The translations under genes were made by a program, and so were the position numbers. A DNA stretch of 63,098 nt, filler included, from Craspedostauros australis (lineage: Eukaryota): the NCBI GenBank assembly GCA_030167865.1. It is 13 parts of 13 records of this genome, joined end to end, with 100 filler letters (N's around TTAATTAATTAA, not from the genome) between each part and the next. Parts side by side here need not be neighbours in the genome. Positions count along the whole stretch, not along the records: positions 58,164 to 59,708 come from JALAGF010002680.1; positions 59,809 to 61,512 come from JALAGF010002681.1; positions 61,613 to 63,098 come from JALAGF010002684.1; 10 more parts are not named here. The stretch is one strand, 5' to 3'. Shown in pieces: positions 58,502-63,098 of the stretch (position 1 is its first letter; the number at the start of each line of letters is the position of its first letter). Below the pieces are notes generated by a model. It did no database searches, had not been told where the DNA came from, and saw only the letters and a list, made by a program, of their open reading frames with translations.

Positions 58502-59708
58502 CAACCAGTCGGGCGCGGAACACGCCGTTCCTCTTCTCCTTGAACACCCACTTGGTCTTCACGCATCGTCGATCGTCTGGCATCTCGCTCTTCTTGATCT
58601 TCTGCCATACTCCTCTTCTGGCCATGTCGGTGAACTCCTTATTGATAGCCCCACGCCACTTGTCTCTCTTCTCGGGATCAGCATGATCCCAGCACTCCTC
58701 GAACGTCGTTGGATCCAACATCACAGCTGTGTTGGCTTGTTCGGACCATTCACCATTCCGTTCGTTCTCAACATCCTGACTCACAGCGATGAAGTCGATA
58801 AGTCTCATCCTCCCTTGGGTAGTATCGATCATCATGCTAGCGACGTCCCTGTTGAACATCGACCCATCTGTGTGGAAGCTGGGCCCTCCAGTAGCCGCGG
58901 GGACTATCATCGTCTCCTGCGCAGTGTCGTAGCCATCCTCATCCCCTGATGCTGATGCTTTGCCTGCCTCCGATTCCGAACCCGATTCTGATTCTCGTTC
59001 CCTCTCCTCTTGGGGAATCGGTGAGTTGTTATAGCCAGCCAGGCTACTCACCATTCTCGGTACGCGCGCCAATGGTCTCATGGGAGTGCGTGCAATCGAT
59101 TGCTCAGTAGCCAAATCGATCTGCCCCGCACGGTCGTTGTCCCTTCCGGTTTCATCGTCCTTATCGTTGATCGATGGTTCTTCCCCTTGGGTAGGTAGCA
59201 AATCATCTTGCTTGTGAGCGGTGTCGTCTGTGTCTCTTGTTGTGTGTCCGGCTCTTCCGCTCCTCTCTGCAACGCCGATCTTCGCACTTCTTGCGATGTT
59301 CGAGCTTCGCCCCCAAGTCACTCTCTTTCTCTGGAATGCATCTCCAGTGTCAGAGTCGTCGTCTTCCAGATCATGNNNNNNNNNNNNNNNNNNNTTCTCA
59401 ACACCCTTGAACTGCCCATACGACTGGTTCATCCATGTCACGTCTCGTGTGATTAGGATCCTTGCCGTTGCGAGGTTCATCATTCGGTATACACCGCTCG
59501 CGTGTGACTGTCCGTATCCGACGAACATGGCAGGCTTGGACCGATCGTCCAGTTTCGCCTTGATCACTCGGCCTCCGATGAACACCATGCCAATCTCGCC
59601 GAACAAACGCAGTCCGTCCACGTATGTGGGAGTCTGCCCATTGAATAGTACGCAAGCCGGTTCTCTCGACTTCGTTCCAATGATGTTCTCGAGTTGCGTT
59701 GCTGTTCT
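58502..59708 (-). mobile_element. Ty1/Copia pol fragment (integrase C-terminus to RT start)
   Basis: LRLFGEIG..KLDDRSKPAMFVGY..TRDVTW..DPTTFEECW..WRGAINKEF..TKWVFKEKRNGVFRARLV. It is related to, but distinct from, the 36.3-38.0 kb element. Confidence 0.92.
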
Positions 59709-59809
59709 NNNNNNNNNNNNNNNNNNNNNNNNNNNNNNNNNNNNNNNNNNNNTTAATTAATTAANNNNNNNNNNNNNNNNNNNNNNNNNNNNNNNNNNNN
59801 NNNNNNNNA

Positions 59810-59888
59810 TATGCAATTAGTTTCAAAATCCCAGAAATTTGATTAGACTCTTGATTGCAAACAGTTGGTCGACTCACTGATCGGGCTC
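59810..59888 (-). repeat. AT-rich repeat family, inverted partial copy at contig edge
   Basis: The reverse complement GAGCCCGATCAGTGAGTCGACCAAC... matches the unit start at 61121 and 61432. Confidence 0.75.
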
Positions 59889-61120
59889 TTATATTATTAT
59901 TATACGAGGTAGGGTAGAGAACCTGCCTGTGACTCGTGCGATGAATGCAAATGATGGGGTTGCATCAACCGTCTTGATGGGTCTTCCTGTCGGCTCGCTG
60001 TGGGATAATATATTATTGCACGTGGCGACAGGAACGTGGACATAGACATGATGGGATCTATCGCCTTGGAGGTTGCGGTATTGTTGGGATATCGCACCGT
60101 ATTTCGGACATTATGCCGTATTGTCCGATTTTGAATACACATTGATCGTACTTTAGTCAACAGTTGTGCGCATATCGGACATTGTGAAATAGCACGTTAT
60201 CCCACGTTGGTCCTACATCATGTTCGTTTGTCCGTTCAATGAAAATCAGTTTTAGCCCAGATTCCTGGTTTCGAACTGCTGACCAAAGTAGGATGTGTTT
60301 CATGATTTCCANCACAACATCAACAGCACCATCATCATCCGATGTGTTGATTGATAGGAGTTCTCTGTGTGGCCAACTGTACTATGTCTGAGGGAACGCA
60401 CATTGCCACCGCACCAATGATTGCGTAGAATGATGCTGTGCCACAATCCATCGAGCAAGCAAATCGAGTGAAACGCAAAACGTCATGCAATCGGACCGTG
60501 GCTTTGCCGGACCAAAAATGTCTTGACACAACACAGAGGAAATGTCAAGTCAAACCGTACCCGCACAATGCTTGTATGATGTTTGAGTGAACCGCACAAC
60601 AGCCATTGCATCAGCGGTAGGGGGAATGTCACTGTGACCGCCACGGCGCCATCACCTGCGGAAGCGGAGTTGTCCACGTAAACAGGTGGCAACGACACCT
60701 GCGGACAGAACATACAGTGTGACTGAGGACCGCAAAGCACACAACAGTGGTTGCGAAGGAACCAGCCCGCTGTCGTGTTCATCGCGGTGTCTCGTAAGAT
60801 GACTGTCATCCTACTGTTTCACCAGAATACGAATGATCGTGTCTAGAGTACAGCATTGTTGAAGAGAGGAGTGTTGCTCGGGGTGTCATTCGCAGCCGTA
60901 CCGCAAATGTAGTTGCCTGGTGATACACCTGTCTGGTAGTCGATGTTGCTTGTGATGTTGCGGATAATAGATCTTGCGCGCATCCTCCTTTCTGGTATTG
61001 GCATGATAGCGCCCAGTTCGTTGACACGTGCGCAGTTCAGTTCTTCCTGAGCAACCCCCGTTCTGCGCCGAAATGACGTGCGCAAACAGGGGTCGCCCAC
61101 CACTGCTGACCTATGACTAT

Positions 61121-61512
61121 GAGCCCCTCGAGTGAGTCGACCAACACTTTGAAATGGACATTCTAACTTTTCATCTGCGATATCCAAACCAAGCACATAT
61201 ACGTAATCCCTATAATATGATTATACATAATTAACCGTTACATTTTTTGTTAGATCCTTATTTTAAGTTTTATGGAGTGATCTATGTATGTATAGCAGTC
61301 ACGTTGGTCCAACAGCACAAAACCCGTTGTTGTTGGCAGAAGGTTCTATCATGTTCCCATGTATTTATCGTGAGGTGATCAGTCACGGACTTGCTTCCGA
61401 AGGTGTCAGTCGTTTGGTACGCGTTAATTACGAGCCCCCCGAGTGAGTCGATCAAGACTTTGAAATAGACCTCGCAACTTTTTTCCTGCGATTTCAAAAC
61501 TAAGTACATATT
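61121..61512 (+). repeat. AT-rich repeat family, one full 311-bp unit plus start of a second tandem unit
   Basis: GAGCCC..CGAGTGAGTCGA starts at 61121 and again at 61432. Confidence 0.85.
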
Positions 61513-61613
61513 NNNNNNNNNNNNNNNNNNNNNNNNNNNNNNNNNNNNNNNNNNNNTTAATTAATTAANNNNNNNNNNNNNNNNNNNNNNNNNNNNNNNN
61601 NNNNNNNNNNNNC

Positions 61614-62045
61614 AACAAGAAGTCGCTCGTCACCGCCGATGTCACCAAATCCATCTACGACGAGCAGGCCACCTTCAAGGACGGATCCGACCTCGACGGC
61701 AAGTACTACCGCGAGCAATGGGTCCGCGGCTGCCGCATGCTCTTTGACGCAGCTGAATGCGAGTCGCGACTCATCGAGGACACCCTTTCGGTGACCAAGC
61801 ACGCTGTGACCTTCCGCTTCGAGGAGGACTTGACATTCCGCGGTCCATTCTCGCCCAAGTGCTTCCTGAGCGGAACTGTCGTCATGAAGCGCTGCCCAGT
61901 GTCCGGACTGATCAAGTCTTACGAGGAGATCTGGGACAAGGATGTGTCAAGCATCGTGAAGTCTGCGAAGCTTCAGGGTGGCAACCGCATGACTGACCTC
62001 TTCATGGCTCGTCTTCAGTCTTCGGATGACAGCATCATGGCATAA
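61614..62045 (+). CDS. NTF2/SnoaL-like fold protein, 5'-partial
   Basis: LVTADVTKSIYDEQATFKD..VTFRFEEDLTF..FLSGTVVM..GLIKSYEEIWD. The frame is open from the gap. Confidence 0.65.
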   Translation, partial: NKKSLVTADVTKSIYDEQATFKDGSDLDGKYYREQWVRGCRMLFDAAECESRLIEDTLSVTKHAVTFRFEEDLTFRGPFSPKCFLSGTVVMKRCPVSGLIKSYEEIWDKDVSSIVKSAKLQGGNRMTDLFMARLQSSDDSIMA

Positions 62046-62383
62046 GCAAATGCGCTACAACACCACGAGGCTTGTTGTGAATCCTCGCGCATCCCTGTGC
62101 ACATTCTCGCACATCTCCACACACACACAATTTTTCACGCAAGGAAGTGCATCTCATCACGACCGAGCATCAACACCAATACAGCAACCATATACACAGC
62201 AACCATACAGCACCCCATACACCATAGAACATAGAATACAATAGAATACAATACACAATCGACCACTCTACAATCATCATCTTGTACTCGCAGAGCATTG
62301 AGCAGTCTACTCTTTGGCTTGATGTCAAATCCACAGTGACAAGAAGCGACAACCATCACCAACTCATCCCCAACCAAGTAACC

Positions 62384-63098
62384 ATGGATCCGCTTCAGCT
62401 CATCAAGTCGGTGTGTGTTCCACCGGACTCCTCATCTTCTCGATCACCATCGTCTGTGGACTCATCTTCAATGAGCAGACCAAGGTCTCATCCGAGGTCC
62501 ACCCAGTGGTGGCCGTCGTCATCATGATCACGGCCCTCGTCTGGCTCAACATGGTTGAGGGAGGACAGGGTTCCCTCGTCGGTCTCCCACCCGTCGACCG
62601 CGACCTCTACGTCGAATCCCACCCAACTAGCCACAAGTGCACCTCCCTCGCCCACAAGGGTGACAACCTCGACCGCTACCTCATGGGCGTCAGTTCATGG
62701 TCCTCCTCATGGTCTTCACCATCAACCAGTGCGGTGCCCCCCTCGCCGACGCCGAAGTCTTCGGACTCCCAGACATCATCATCCAGATCTTCCTCGGATC
62801 CGGAGCCGCCATGATCCTCATGACCGCTCAAGCCGGACAGCTCAACTCCCAAGTCAANGCCTCCCTNTGCATGCTTGACTACATCAACAACTTCTTCGCC
62901 GTCTTCACCCTCTACGTCGCCCTCGCCATCGAGTTCTCCGGACTTCTGCACTCGTGCTACCTCGTCCAGATGTTGTTCGTCTGGGCCTCCGGCAAGGAAA
63001 TCGAGTCGAAGGGGCCACCACGCGACGGTGCCCAGAACCTCTTCTACTGGGGCCGCATCCTCATCTCCCTCGCCATCCTGTGCTACGCCATGGCCGTC
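62384..63098 (+). CDS. SIT: Silicon transporter, 3'-partial, with two apparent frameshifts (~62410 and ~62687)
   Basis: LLIFSI..NEQTK..WLNMVEGGQGSLVGLPPVDRDLY.ESHP..KGDNLDRYLMG(R)QFMVL..GQLNSQV.AS..MLDYINN..IEFSGLLH. These include the EGXQ and GRQ motifs characteristic of diatom SITs. Confidence 0.93.

Noticed and set aside
13600..61612. Recurrent palindromic TTAATTAATTAA motif
   Set aside because: It is always embedded in N-runs of similar length. It is an artificial contig linker, and ORFs ending in 'LIN' or X-runs are artefacts.

Overview
Eukaryotic, diatom-like genomic scaffold. The assignment rests on a silicon transporter, diatom-type CxRGLE, LPLH-ankyrin and TM-LRR families, CoDi-like Copia elements and GT-AG introns. 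It is built from many short contigs joined by N-runs carrying an artificial TTAATTAATTAA linker. The left part (1-36 kb) is gene-rich: a 3-exon U2SURP/SR140 gene, a SNAPC1-like protein with a repeated C-terminal motif, and an ABC1-kinase/beta-lactamase fusion, all three enclosed by a >=0.6 kb inverted repeat. It also holds a secreted Cys-rich protein, two ankyrin-like proteins, two divergent CxRGLE genes, and a 4-exon PIWI-type Argonaute with an RGG head, an intron-split C2H2 zinc finger and a DEDH tetrad. The right part (36-61.5 kb) is mostly fragmented transposons and repeats: nested Copia pieces, three copies of one LTR end, a 544-bp TIR insertion, a non-LTR fragment, a DDE transposase, a 181-182 bp satellite and an AT-rich ~310 bp repeat. 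PDE and SRR1 pseudogenes, BTB fragments and a TM-LRR gene are interspersed. The window ends with an NTF2-like gene and a frameshifted SIT. The most notable observations are the zinc-finger PIWI-like Argonaute and a Copia primer-binding site complementary to the 5' half of tRNA-Lys(CUU). All family assignments are by-eye motif recognition; no searches were run.
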